64,000 bases of DNA, taken from NCBI GenBank assembly GCA_041746575.1, contig JBGTGT010000101.1, forward strand, positions 1-64,000. Reading direction: 5' to 3'. The DNA is from Microcystaceae cyanobacterium. Lineage in GTDB: Bacteria; Cyanobacteriota; Cyanobacteriia; Cyanobacteriales; Microcystaceae. Shown here piece after piece: positions 10,280-24,009 of this stretch; positions within the stretch are counted from its first letter, which is position 1; each line of letters opens with the position of its first letter. The translations under genes and the position numbers were made by a program. Under the pieces are notes generated by a model. The model did not search any database. It worked only from the letters and a program-made list of their open reading frames with translations, and was not told where the DNA came from.

Positions 10280-11485
10280 ATGAGAACGATCGCAGAAATT
10301 AACGAAAAAATTCTGGCTCAAAAAGCCGTCACTTGGACAGTGGAAGAAGTAAAAATTAAGGTGGCGGAAAAGGGGATAACTGCCGTTTCTAAAGAGGTAG
10401 ATGTGATCTGTACGGGGACATTTGAACCGATGGAATCATCGGGGGCGTTAATTAATATGGGTCATACTGACCCGCCGATTAAAATTCGTCAATGCTGGTT
10501 AGGTGGCGTTCCGGCCTATGCGGGATTTGGAGCAGTAGATCTTTATTTGGGGGCAACGGCAATGATCGATTATGGGGGCAGTGAACCCTTAGAAGCCGAT
10601 TCTCGGCAAGGGATTATCGAAAGGGGAGGCGGACACGTTATTGAGGATTTGATCGCCGGAAGACCGGTTTCTTTGAAGGCTGTTGGTCAAGTCACCGATT
10701 GTTACCCCCTATCTTCCTTTGAAACGACCCTCACGAAAGAGACAATTAATCAGTTTTATTTATTCAATCCCCGTAATTTATATCAAAATTTTATCGTTGG
10801 CGTCAATGGCGGCGATCGCCCGCTTTACACTTATCTGGGTCCTCTCCTACCCCGCATGTCTAACGCCGTTTATTCTAATCCGGGGGCTATTTCTCCCTTA
10901 TTTAATGATCCAGACCTACAAATCGTTGGTATTGGCACACGGGTCTTTTTAGGGGGGGGGATTGGTTATGTTTCATGGGAAGGAACCCAACATTTTCCTT
11001 TACAAAAACGGTTGCCGAATCGTACCCCCATTGGTCCGGCGGCTACCCTAGCCTTGATTGGTGATGCCAAGCAGATGGACGCTCGTTGGGTAAGGGGGTG
11101 TTATTTTAGGAATTATGGGCCATCTTTAATGTTAGGGGTCGGAATTCCTTTGCCTGTCTTAAATGAGGAAGTAATTGCCCATTGTGCGGTCAAGGATGAG
11201 GATATTGTCGCACCTGTCATTGATTTTGCCATTCCTCGGCGAGTTCGCCCTACGTTTGGACTGGTAACCTATGCTCAATTAAAAAAAGGTCGTATGACCT
11301 TAGAGGGTAAATCCCTTAAAGTCGCCCCGCTAGCCAGCATTTCCCTATCGCAACAGGTAGCAGAAACCCTTAAAGCGTGGATTGACGCCGGAAAATTTAC
11401 CTTAACCGAAGCGATCGCTCCCTTACCGATGGATCGTAATTTTATCGCTCAGGAACGCTGGACGACACCGATGTCTTTGGAGTAA
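10280..11485 (+). CDS. DUF39 family (aspartate-semialdehyde sulfurtransferase / homocysteine biosynthesis homolog)
   Basis: RTIAEINEKI, VDVICTGTF, GGGHVIEDL, NPRNLYQN, YTYLGPLLP and GTQH motifs. Confidence 0.85.
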   Translation: MRTIAEINEKILAQKAVTWTVEEVKIKVAEKGITAVSKEVDVICTGTFEPMESSGALINMGHTDPPIKIRQCWLGGVPAYAGFGAVDLYLGATAMIDYGGSEPLEADSRQGIIERGGGHVIEDLIAGRPVSLKAVGQVTDCYPLSSFETTLTKETINQFYLFNPRNLYQNFIVGVNGGDRPLYTYLGPLLPRMSNAVYSNPGAISPLFNDPDLQIVGIGTRVFLGGGIGYVSWEGTQHFPLQKRLPNRTPIGPAATLALIGDAKQMDARWVRGCYFRNYGPSLMLGVGIPLPVLNEEVIAHCAVKDEDIVAPVIDFAIPRRVRPTFGLVTYAQLKKGRMTLEGKSLKVAPLASISLSQQVAETLKAWIDAGKFTLTEAIAPLPMDRNFIAQERWTTPMSLE

Positions 11486-11711
11486 GAGCAAGATAGCCTT
11501 GTCTCTACTACTGAAAAATTTGCCCTTGACTTCTGTTGAAAGTTAAGCGAAACTTACAAAAATGAGAGTATCAACAGTAGCTTTTATAAACTTTTGTTAA
11601 AAATTGAAACAAATTGCTACGGTTGCTTAAGATGGTTATCACAAAAGCCCTTTTGGGTTGTTTGAATGCTTCTTCAGTTTCCCAATCCCCTTGAGTAAGG
11701 CTAGACTACCG

Positions 11712-11927
11712 ATGAGCATGGAAACCCTTGAATTTATCATCTATCCTGATGGTCGTGTCCAAGAAAAGGTCACTGGCATTATTGGGCGATCCTGCCAAGA
11801 GGTAACGGCGGCCATTGAAGCTCAACTGGGGCGAGTGGTTTCGACAGAGAAGACATCCGATTACTATAACCAAACCGTTGAACAATCGGCGAAGGCCACC
11901 AATCAAAGCACCTTCAGCGATTGGTAA
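11712..11927 (+). CDS. DUF2997 family protein
   Basis: ETLEFIIYPDGRVQEKVTGIIGRSCQEVTAAIEAQLG. Confidence 0.85.
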   Translation: MSMETLEFIIYPDGRVQEKVTGIIGRSCQEVTAAIEAQLGRVVSTEKTSDYYNQTVEQSAKATNQSTFSDW

Positions 11928-11972
11928 TTGTATCCTGACCATTTTGTCCTTTTAATCACAATTTTTCAAAAT

Positions 11973-12356
11973 ATGTCACACTTTAGCAATATCAAAACCC
12001 AAATTCGGAATCTCTCGTCTCTTAAAGCCTCCCTTAAGGATATGGGGATTGATTGGAAAGATGGCCCGTTCACGGTAAGAGGCTATCAAGGGCAAACCCG
12101 TACGGCCGAAGTTGTTATTGAACAAGAGAACAACTCTGATCTAGGTTTTGCTTGGAATGGCAATGAATATGAACTGGTAGCCGATTTAGAATATTGGCAA
12201 CAACCGTTATCGGTGGAAGGATTTTTGAGAAAAGTGACTCAAGGTTACGCCTTCCATACGGTTTTGAATGAATCAACCAAACAAGGTTTCCAAGTCGCTG
12301 AACAACAAAAAAATCAAGATGGTTCAATCCGTCTAGTGGTACAACGCTGGAGCTAA
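11973..12356 (+). CDS. ycf35: DUF1257 / Ycf35 family protein
   Basis: MSHFSNIKTQI, VRGYQGQ and WNGNEYELVADL motifs. Confidence 0.85.
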   Translation: MSHFSNIKTQIRNLSSLKASLKDMGIDWKDGPFTVRGYQGQTRTAEVVIEQENNSDLGFAWNGNEYELVADLEYWQQPLSVEGFLRKVTQGYAFHTVLNESTKQGFQVAEQQKNQDGSIRLVVQRWS

Positions 12357-12389
12357 GAATCCGTTGCTAATGTTATTTATTTGTTAATT

Positions 12390-12809
12390 ATGGCTGAATT
12401 TTCCCCTACTTCTGTACCAGAACGCTCTGGATTAGAACCCGAACTAGGTGGCATTTATCGCAATGCACCCGAAAGGACAGGTTTTGAACCGGAATTAGGG
12501 GGGGATTTGCGCCAAAGGGCGGTATATGTCGATGAAATGACCTGCATTGGTTGTAAAAACTGTGTTCACGTTTCTCCTAATACCTTTCACATTGAACCTG
12601 AATATGGGCGATCGCGAGTTTATCATCAGGATGGAGATACGGAAGCAACGCTACAAGAAGCCATTGATACCTGTCCTGTAGATTGCATTCACTGGGTTGA
12701 CTATACCCAACTACACAAGCTTGAGGAAGAAAGAAAGTACCAAAAACTTAAGAATTTTGGACTTCCGCAAGTAAGAACGGGAAAACACTTTAAAAAACCT
12801 GCTCGTTAG
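12390..12809 (+). CDS. Fe-S ferredoxin (Fed7-like)
   Basis: CIGCKNC...EAIDTCPVDCIHW; N-terminal ERxGxEPELGG repeats; typical position after DUF2997-DUF1257. Confidence 0.85.
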   Translation: MAEFSPTSVPERSGLEPELGGIYRNAPERTGFEPELGGDLRQRAVYVDEMTCIGCKNCVHVSPNTFHIEPEYGRSRVYHQDGDTEATLQEAIDTCPVDCIHWVDYTQLHKLEEERKYQKLKNFGLPQVRTGKHFKKPAR

Positions 12810-13095
12810 CGTTTATTTTGCCATAAAATCTTACAATGTTTTTGGTAAATTGACCCTACCTAATGAACCCAACTGATTCAGTTTTCAGTTTAGGGTGAGG
12901 GCTTTAAATTTATCATCAGAGGTTTGAATGATTTCATTGTTGTCTATTCAGGCTGCGTTTCGTAACAGAGTAACGTCTAGAAGTAAGACAGGAAAAAGGT
13001 TTTAATTTCGGCATTTTGCGGTATGATCTATCCTAACCCTATCTTAAAAATAGGGAGAAACTTTCCTTATAGATAAAACATTTTAATCCTCTTAA

Positions 13096-14610
13096 ATGAT
13101 GTTAAGTGCCTTAATTTGGATTCCCTTCATTGCGGCGGCTATTATTGCCTTTTTACCGGATAAAATAGAGTCGGCGCGCTGTCGTTCTTTCTCTTTGATC
13201 GTTGCGGTTAGTATTTTTATGATCAATGGATTGATTGGATTAAAATTTGATCCGACTAATGCACAGATGCAACTGACAGAGCATCTTTCATGGTTGCCAA
13301 ATTTAGGGCTAAGCTATCATTTAGGGATTGACGGATTATCTTTTCCCCTCACGTTCCTCAATAGTTTTCTCACTATTATTGCTATTTACTGCACGAATAA
13401 AAACCTTGAACGTCCCCGACTTTATTACGCCATGATCTTTTTACTGGCTGGCGGCGTTGCAGGCGCATTTTTAGCACAAGATTTATTATTATTTTTCCTC
13501 TTTTATGAATTAGAAATTGTTCCTCTTTATCTTTTAATTGCAATTTGGGGAGGGCAACGTCGGGGCTATGCAGCCATGAAGTTTTTGCTTTATACGGCAC
13601 TATCTGGCTTTTTGGTGCTGACGTCCTTTTTGGGCTTAGTGTGGCTCTCTGGTGCTTCTAGTTTCGACTACGAACCCTTGCGTTCTCATACTTTGCCTGT
13701 AGATCGTCAATTACTGCTGTTAATTCCTTTATTAATAGGTTTGGGTATAAAAATACCGATTTTTCCTTTCCATACATGGCTTCCTGATGCTCACGTTGAA
13801 GCGTCAACCCCCATCTCGGTTTTACTGGCAGGGGTTCTTCTTAAATTAGGAACGTACGGCTTACTCCGTTTTGGTCTGGGATTGTTTTTAGAAGCATGGG
13901 TGACGATTGCCCCATGGATGGCTACATTAGCAGCAATTAGTGCCTTATACGGTGCTTGTTGCGCAATTGTGCAGAAAGATATGAAAAAGGTAGTGGCCTA
14001 TTCATCTATTGCTCACATGGCTTATATTTTACTAGCGGCTTCTGCAACGACTCGATTAAGCGTAACGGCGGCAACCGCTCAGATGATCGCTCACGGTTTG
14101 ATTTCTGCTCTATTATTTCTGTTAGTGGGGGTGGTGTATAAAAAGACGGGAAGCCGCGATGTGGACTTTTTACGGGGCTTACTGAATCCTGAAAAAGGAT
14201 TACCCATTACAGGGAGTTTGATGATTTTAGGCGTGATGGCTAGTGCAGGAATTCCGGGAATGTCAGGTTTTATCGCAGAATTTTTGGTTTTTAGGGGTAG
14301 TTTTCCGATTTTTCCTGTGCAGACTCTGCTTTGTTTGGTGGGTAGCGGTTTGACGGCGGTTTATTTTTTGTTGATGATTAATAAAGTCTTTTTTGGTCGC
14401 TTAACACCAGAATTAGCCAATTTACCCCAAGTTCTTTGGTCTGAACGATTTCCCGCCATCGTTTTATCTTTTGTGATTGTTCTCTTTGGTATTCAACCGA
14501 ATTGGATGGTGAAATGGAGCGAACCTCAAGCGGCGGTTTTATTGACGGGACGGCCGGATATTGCCTTATCTGTTAACAGTAAGCCGTTACCCCTAATCAG
14601 TCAACCCTAA
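13096..14610 (+). CDS. ndhD4: NDH-1 subunit D4 (CO2-uptake NDH-1 complex)
   Basis: NuoM-family motifs PFHTWLPDAHVEA, LKLGTYG and GLLNPEKGLP; directly upstream of cupB. Confidence 0.88.
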   Translation: MMLSALIWIPFIAAAIIAFLPDKIESARCRSFSLIVAVSIFMINGLIGLKFDPTNAQMQLTEHLSWLPNLGLSYHLGIDGLSFPLTFLNSFLTIIAIYCTNKNLERPRLYYAMIFLLAGGVAGAFLAQDLLLFFLFYELEIVPLYLLIAIWGGQRRGYAAMKFLLYTALSGFLVLTSFLGLVWLSGASSFDYEPLRSHTLPVDRQLLLLIPLLIGLGIKIPIFPFHTWLPDAHVEASTPISVLLAGVLLKLGTYGLLRFGLGLFLEAWVTIAPWMATLAAISALYGACCAIVQKDMKKVVAYSSIAHMAYILLAASATTRLSVTAATAQMIAHGLISALLFLLVGVVYKKTGSRDVDFLRGLLNPEKGLPITGSLMILGVMASAGIPGMSGFIAEFLVFRGSFPIFPVQTLLCLVGSGLTAVYFLLMINKVFFGRLTPELANLPQVLWSERFPAIVLSFVIVLFGIQPNWMVKWSEPQAAVLLTGRPDIALSVNSKPLPLISQP

Positions 14611-14695
14611 TTCTAATTTTAATTTGTCGCATTGCGTTCCTTTTTTGCCCCCCATCAGTAACCTACCACCTACTTATTTATCCAGAGATAATGTT

Positions 14696-15829
14696 ATGGT
14701 CAATACGCAACTCAAACCCACGACTCACCCTTTAGCAGATTATATTTATCGCTTAGAACAAGGTCAAGCATTATTAAAAGATTCCCCTGAGAATGTGATA
14801 GAAGTGGTGGGTATTCTGAAAAGCTATGGCGTAATTTTAGATGCCTATTCTCGTAATTTAAATTATATTGCGGAACACCAGTTTTTAGTGTTTTTTCCCT
14901 TTTTTAAATACTTCAATGGAGAGGTTTCATTTGCTCGTTTGTTGCGCCATTGGTGGCATGATAGAATTAACTTTGAATATGCTGAGTATTGTATGAAAGC
15001 CATGTTTTGGCATGGGGGAGGAGCGTTAGATAGCTATTTAGATAGTGAGCAATTTAAAGAATTAGCAGAAAAAGCCATTCGCGCGAAGTTTAAAAATAAT
15101 TTTTTTATCCTAGGATTGCATAACGTTTTTCCTGAGTTTCTGCCTGAACAAGTGCGAATGATGGCTTATTATACGGCATTGGGACAATTTTGGCGAGTGA
15201 TGAGTGATATGTTCTTAAGTTTATCAGATCGCTACGATAGAGAAGAAATTAAGACCATTTCCGATGTTGTAAAGCATATATTGGATGGGTTAGTCGCTAA
15301 TGCAAATTGTCCGATTACTTATCAGGTAAAAATTAAAAATGCGGTTTATGAAATTATTCCCAAATCGGTTGGTTTAACCTTTTTAATGGATACTGCAGTT
15401 CCCTATGTTGAGGCGATTTTCTTTCGGGGAACACCCTTTGCGGGAACCGTTTCTTATAATGCACAAGCGTATCAAATTCCCTACGATCAAAGTCAATTTG
15501 CTTATGGAGCATTATACGCTGATCCGTTACCGATTGGTAGTGCGGGAATTCCACCGACTTTATTGATGCATGATATGCGCCATTATGTTCCTGAATATTT
15601 ACATCAAGTTTATCGTCAACGTCTGCGTCAAGAAGATGATTTATTAGTGCAGATTTGTGTGAGTTTCCAAAAATCCATGTTCTGTGTGACGACGGCGGCG
15701 ATTCAAGGACTTGCGCCTTATGCTTTAAATGCCTCGACTTTAGAAGAACAAAAAGCGAATCGTCAGTATTTAGAAAAATGGATGAATCGTTTTATCACTT
15801 CTCGTTTAGAGATGGCGAATGAAAATTAA
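14696..15829 (+). CDS. cupB: CO2 hydration protein CupB (ChpX)
   Basis: HWWHDRINFEYAEYCM, GIPPTLLMHDMRHY and FQKSMFCVT motifs; ~377 aa, shorter than CupA. Confidence 0.9.
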   Translation: MVNTQLKPTTHPLADYIYRLEQGQALLKDSPENVIEVVGILKSYGVILDAYSRNLNYIAEHQFLVFFPFFKYFNGEVSFARLLRHWWHDRINFEYAEYCMKAMFWHGGGALDSYLDSEQFKELAEKAIRAKFKNNFFILGLHNVFPEFLPEQVRMMAYYTALGQFWRVMSDMFLSLSDRYDREEIKTISDVVKHILDGLVANANCPITYQVKIKNAVYEIIPKSVGLTFLMDTAVPYVEAIFFRGTPFAGTVSYNAQAYQIPYDQSQFAYGALYADPLPIGSAGIPPTLLMHDMRHYVPEYLHQVYRQRLRQEDDLLVQICVSFQKSMFCVTTAAIQGLAPYALNASTLEEQKANRQYLEKWMNRFITSRLEMANEN

Positions 15830-16127
15830 GGATAATTAAAAGGGATTAAGATTGTTTTTTTTGAGTTCTATTAGTGGGTTTAATAGCGTTAACGGATTGC
15901 TATAACTTTATTTATTAAATGAAATTTGAATCAATCCCCTTTTCAAAATCGTTTTGGAATTTTAGGCAATCTGAATCTAAAGTTATCGTTACATTATACG
16001 GTTTGGTTTCTCATTTTTTGGTAGGGTTCAGGTACAATTTATCCTAACTGCTGTCGTTTTGAAGTGGGAAGACGCAACAGACCGTTAGAGATTCAGTTAA
16101 GATTAGCCAAATTTTATAAAATTCGAC

Positions 16128-17678
16128 ATGATGCCTTATTCTTTGAGCTTACTCTTACAACAGATGTCTCGTGACTCTTTTTATCCTCATGAGGTAAAAT
16201 CACCCATTCAAGTGTTAAAAACCCATTCAGCGATTGTTTTGTTAACAGGGGATTATGCTTATAAAATCAAGAAACCAGTTGATTTAGGGTTCTTAGATTT
16301 TTCAACCTTGGCGAAGCGCAAGGCATATTTAAAAAAGGAATTAAGTCTGAATCAGAGAGTATCTTCTGAGATTTATTTGGCAGTTATTCCTATTTCGCAA
16401 AAGGGGGATAACTTAATATTAGATAATCAGGATAACGTTGTCGATTATACCTTAAAAATGCGTCAATTTCCTCAAGATAGGTTATTAAGCCAGTTAGAAA
16501 AGAAAGGCAAACTTACACCAGAAATTATCCAACAATTAGGTCAAGTTATTGCTGATTTTCATCAAAATAGTTTAACCAATGATTATATTTTATCTTTTGG
16601 GGAAGTTTCACAAATTAAAAAAGCCATTGACGAAAACTATGAACAAACTGATCAATATATTGGCTGGTTACAAACACAACAGCAATACGACGAAACTAAA
16701 GCATTTACAGATCAGTATTTGACAGAAAAACAACCTTATTTTAAGCAACGTCAAGCAGACGAAAAAATTAGGGAATGCCATGGGGACTTGCATCTTAATA
16801 ATATCTGTTATTGGCAGGATAAAATCTATTTATTTGATCGTATTGAATTTAATGAATCTTTTCGCTTTGTAGATGGGATGTATGATGTTGCTTTTACAGT
16901 AATGGATTTAGAAGCCAATCAGCAAAATGTGTTGAGCAATCTTTTTTTAAATATATATTTAGAAAGAACAGGAGATTGGCAAGGTTTACAAGTTCTACCG
17001 TTTTATTTGTGTCGTCAAACTTATGTGAGAGCAAAGGTTAATTCTCTATTATTAGCTGATGAATCTTTGTCAAAAGAGGAACGACAAAAAGCAATTGATT
17101 CAGCCCGACGTTATTATCATTTATCATGGCAATACACACAAAAAAAGCAAGGTAAATTAATCATAATGTCTGGTTTGTCGGGTTCTGGCAAAAGTACTGT
17201 TGCCGGACAATTAGCACCAGAAATTAAGGCAATTCATATCCGTTCTGATGCCGTTCGTAAACATTTAGCAGGCATTGAACTCAACCAAACAGGAACGAAT
17301 GATATGTATCGTTCTCAGATGAATCTAAAAACTTATCAACGTTTATTAGATTTAGGAGAAATGTTAACTAAGGAGGGATATACTGTAATTTTGGATGCCA
17401 AATTTGATCAAAGACAATGGCGAAAAATGGCGTTACAAATTGCTCAAACCTTTTGTTATCCTTTTTATATTATTCATTGTAAGGCTTCCCTTGAGAGTTT
17501 AAGTCAACGCTTAAATCAACGTCAAGGAGATATTTCAGATGCAACCTCGCAATTATTACAGCAACAGGTCAATCAATTTGAAGAATTTACCGAAAAGGAA
17601 ACAGCCTATTTAATAACATGGAATACAGAGCAAAATAAAAACAGTGTCAATTTAGTTCGTCTACTTAGCATAAATTAA
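16128..17678 (+). CDS. Bifunctional aminoglycoside-phosphotransferase-like / P-loop kinase protein (Rv2004c-like)
   Basis: YKIKKPV, ECHGDLHLNN and FDRIEFN, then GLSGSGKS and RSDAVRK. Confidence 0.85.
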   Translation: MMPYSLSLLLQQMSRDSFYPHEVKSPIQVLKTHSAIVLLTGDYAYKIKKPVDLGFLDFSTLAKRKAYLKKELSLNQRVSSEIYLAVIPISQKGDNLILDNQDNVVDYTLKMRQFPQDRLLSQLEKKGKLTPEIIQQLGQVIADFHQNSLTNDYILSFGEVSQIKKAIDENYEQTDQYIGWLQTQQQYDETKAFTDQYLTEKQPYFKQRQADEKIRECHGDLHLNNICYWQDKIYLFDRIEFNESFRFVDGMYDVAFTVMDLEANQQNVLSNLFLNIYLERTGDWQGLQVLPFYLCRQTYVRAKVNSLLLADESLSKEERQKAIDSARRYYHLSWQYTQKKQGKLIIMSGLSGSGKSTVAGQLAPEIKAIHIRSDAVRKHLAGIELNQTGTNDMYRSQMNLKTYQRLLDLGEMLTKEGYTVILDAKFDQRQWRKMALQIAQTFCYPFYIIHCKASLESLSQRLNQRQGDISDATSQLLQQQVNQFEEFTEKETAYLITWNTEQNKNSVNLVRLLSIN

Positions 17679-17830
17679 GAATGTTTAATTCTATTCGACA
17701 TTCATAATCAATCTGTTAAACTGAGAACGAGTTAAATGGATAGTTTACTGTCTAACTTAAAATGGTCAAAATCTTTTATCTATCTCAATTATTAACTTTA
17801 ATTTTATCTGACTATTTATCATAAACAGAA

Positions 17831-21723
<3,893 letters not shown>

Positions 21724-21777
21724 CGTTTTATTTTTAGCTCACAACTAGACACTATCGACTAAACACTATTAACCCAG

Positions 21778-22227
21778 TTAACGATTACTAGGAAGTAAAT
21801 TCAAAAAGGTGTCAAAGTCTTTGATAGCTTCCCTGAATTGAGTTTGTGCTATAGAAGCATCACGGTCTTTAGCAGCCGTATCAATGCGTTCGAAATGACC
21901 AAATAACTCTTTAGCCGTTTCTTTGGCAATTTTTTGATCTTTCTGCAACAAAGAACCCGATAAATTGACCATATCGCGACGTAATGTCCCTAAAGGTCCA
22001 TGAATAAAGGTTCGGGTATCTACCCAGTTTTGTTCTGCAATCAAGTCCTTTAAGACGGCCATTTTCTCTCTTGCGTCCTCAATGGGATCAATGAGAACCT
22101 GTAGTTGTTCAATCTTTTCAGGAGTATAAGTAGTCGGAATTTTAGAAACATTGCCGCTACCACAACTTACGAGAAAAGTCGCAACCAAAACTAAGATAAC
22201 TGATAGTATGGGTCGTAAACGAAACAT
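21778..22227 (-). CDS. psbQ: Photosystem II extrinsic lipoprotein CyanoQ
   Basis: Lipobox LVSC; PTTYT; NWVDTRTFIHGPLG. Confidence 0.92.
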   Translation of the reverse strand: MFRLRPILSVILVLVATFLVSCGSGNVSKIPTTYTPEKIEQLQVLIDPIEDAREKMAVLKDLIAEQNWVDTRTFIHGPLGTLRRDMVNLSGSLLQKDQKIAKETAKELFGHFERIDTAAKDRDASIAQTQFREAIKDFDTFLNLLPSNR

Positions 22228-22361
22228 GATTTAGCTTTTTCCTTCAAAATAACGTTTTTTGTTTTAATATCCCTCAGCAGTCGCCGTTAACCTATTTTCA
22301 GCAACCCTTATTTAAAGAGACATTGAGGATTCTTTCTTGATTTTCTCAAGAATGGGTCGTT

Positions 22362-23210
22362 TTACAAAGTCTGACGACGCAAAAAGTTTACAATCAACGG
22401 GGTAATTTCTTCAAACCAATGTTCTTGGGGATAGTGTTTCCCTGCCACTAACGTCTCTAATTCGATGTTAGAATAGGTTTTTGCCAATTTTTCAGCTTCA
22501 TCAATAGATAACCAAGGGTCAGCGACTCCCCAGACAATTAAGGTCGGTTTTTCCCACGTTGACCATTTTTGTTGCCAATCTGTAAGGGTATTGCCTAATT
22601 GTAAACGTTTAATGGTCGTTCCTAATGCTCGACCGACGGAGGAACTTTTGAGATAAGGTTTTCGATAAATCGCTAAATCTTGATCCGAAATCACGAAACC
22701 ACTGCCCCCTTCTAAGGTACGATCCACTAATAAAGGATCTTGGGTCAACATATCCCCAAGCAAAGGAAATCCCCACTGCTTCATTTTAGCCGGCAGTTTA
22801 TCCGTCGGGGCAAGAGGCGTATTCAAAATGATCAGGCGATGAATTTTTTCTGGATGAGTAAAAGCGTATTGTATGCCCAAATGTCCTAAAAATCCCTGTA
22901 AAATAAGGGAGACGCTTTCAACTTCTAACGCTTCAATAAAACCCTGTAAGGCGGTGACATAGGAATCAGTTGTATAAGAAAAGTCTCGTTTGTCGGGTTT
23001 TGCCGAAAATCCTGACCCTATCCAGTCCGGTGCCATGGAATAAAAGCCATTTTTAGCTAAATCAGGCATTATTTTACGCCAAGTATAACTATGAGAAGGT
23101 AAACCATGTAATAATAAAACGGGATTAGAATGATGCTCATTTTCTGGCTTCATTTCCCGATAAAACCAATCGAGATTTTTGACGGTTAAGGTATTTTCCG
23201 TGAGAGTCAT
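22362..23210 (-). CDS. Alpha/beta fold hydrolase (haloalkane-dehalogenase-like)
   Basis: LLHGLPS, PDWIGSGFSAKP, WGVADP and HYPQE motifs. Confidence 0.85.
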   Translation of the reverse strand: MTLTENTLTVKNLDWFYREMKPENEHHSNPVLLLHGLPSHSYTWRKIMPDLAKNGFYSMAPDWIGSGFSAKPDKRDFSYTTDSYVTALQGFIEALEVESVSLILQGFLGHLGIQYAFTHPEKIHRLIILNTPLAPTDKLPAKMKQWGFPLLGDMLTQDPLLVDRTLEGGSGFVISDQDLAIYRKPYLKSSSVGRALGTTIKRLQLGNTLTDWQQKWSTWEKPTLIVWGVADPWLSIDEAEKLAKTYSNIELETLVAGKHYPQEHWFEEITPLIVNFLRRQTL

Positions 23211-23258
23211 GGGATAAGGGGTCAGACAAGCGTAAAGTTAACAGTTGAGAAGGAATAA

Positions 23259-23990
23259 TTATAAAGGTTTTTGGCGAGGAATACCCACATCTCTCGGGAA
23301 TTCTAGGGAAGTCAGTTTAATTTTTTCAAGATAAAGACAATGGCGTTCACTTTGAGTAATCGGTGTTCTAAAAGGATAAATGTCTTGAATTTTGCCCCCT
23401 AATAAATGAAGCGCAGATTCTAATTTTAGGGTTTCTTCATCTGTCCATTTTCCCCGATAAAGAAGGGCAACACCCCCTATTTTTAATAAAGGAAGCACAT
23501 ATTCTGCGCAGACTGAACCCTCAGCAACCGCTCGAATGAAAGCCAAATCATAGCTATTTCGTTGCTTTTTTTGCTGTCCAACTTTTTCTACCCTATCAGC
23601 AATACAATTTAAGTTTTTTAGTTTTAAATTAACAATCAGATGATTCACAAAATTAACTTTCTTGTAAATAGAATCTAATAATGTGACCTGCCAATCGGAA
23701 AAACAAATTCCAACTGGAACACCCGGAAAACCTGCTCCTGTTCCAATATCAATGGCTTTTAACTGTTGTTTTTTGCATAAATCTTTGTGATAGTAAATGG
23801 GGGCTAAAGAATCCCATAAATGTTTCTCCCAAAATTCAACAGGTTCAGTAATACGAGTTAAATTAAATTGACGATTTCCTACTAGGATTGTATCGTAAAG
23901 TTGCTCAAATTGTTGAATTTGATTAGAATGAGGTTGCCAATTTAAAGTGTCTTGCCACAGCGGATTTAGGGGTTGCCATTGTTCTATCAT
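23259..23990 (-). CDS. rsmG: 16S rRNA m7G527 methyltransferase
   Basis: NLTRIT, HLWDSL, DIGTGAGFPG, RAVA and FPRDVGIP motifs. Confidence 0.95.
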   Translation of the reverse strand: MIEQWQPLNPLWQDTLNWQPHSNQIQQFEQLYDTILVGNRQFNLTRITEPVEFWEKHLWDSLAPIYYHKDLCKKQQLKAIDIGTGAGFPGVPVGICFSDWQVTLLDSIYKKVNFVNHLIVNLKLKNLNCIADRVEKVGQQKKQRNSYDLAFIRAVAEGSVCAEYVLPLLKIGGVALLYRGKWTDEETLKLESALHLLGGKIQDIYPFRTPITQSERHCLYLEKIKLTSLEFPRDVGIPRQKPL

Positions 23991-24009
23991 TCAATTTAAT
24001 ACTCAATCA

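Noticed and set aside
12414..12503. Duplicated PERxGxEPELGG motif in the ferredoxin
   Set aside because: I recall this as a normal feature of this cyanobacterial ferredoxin family
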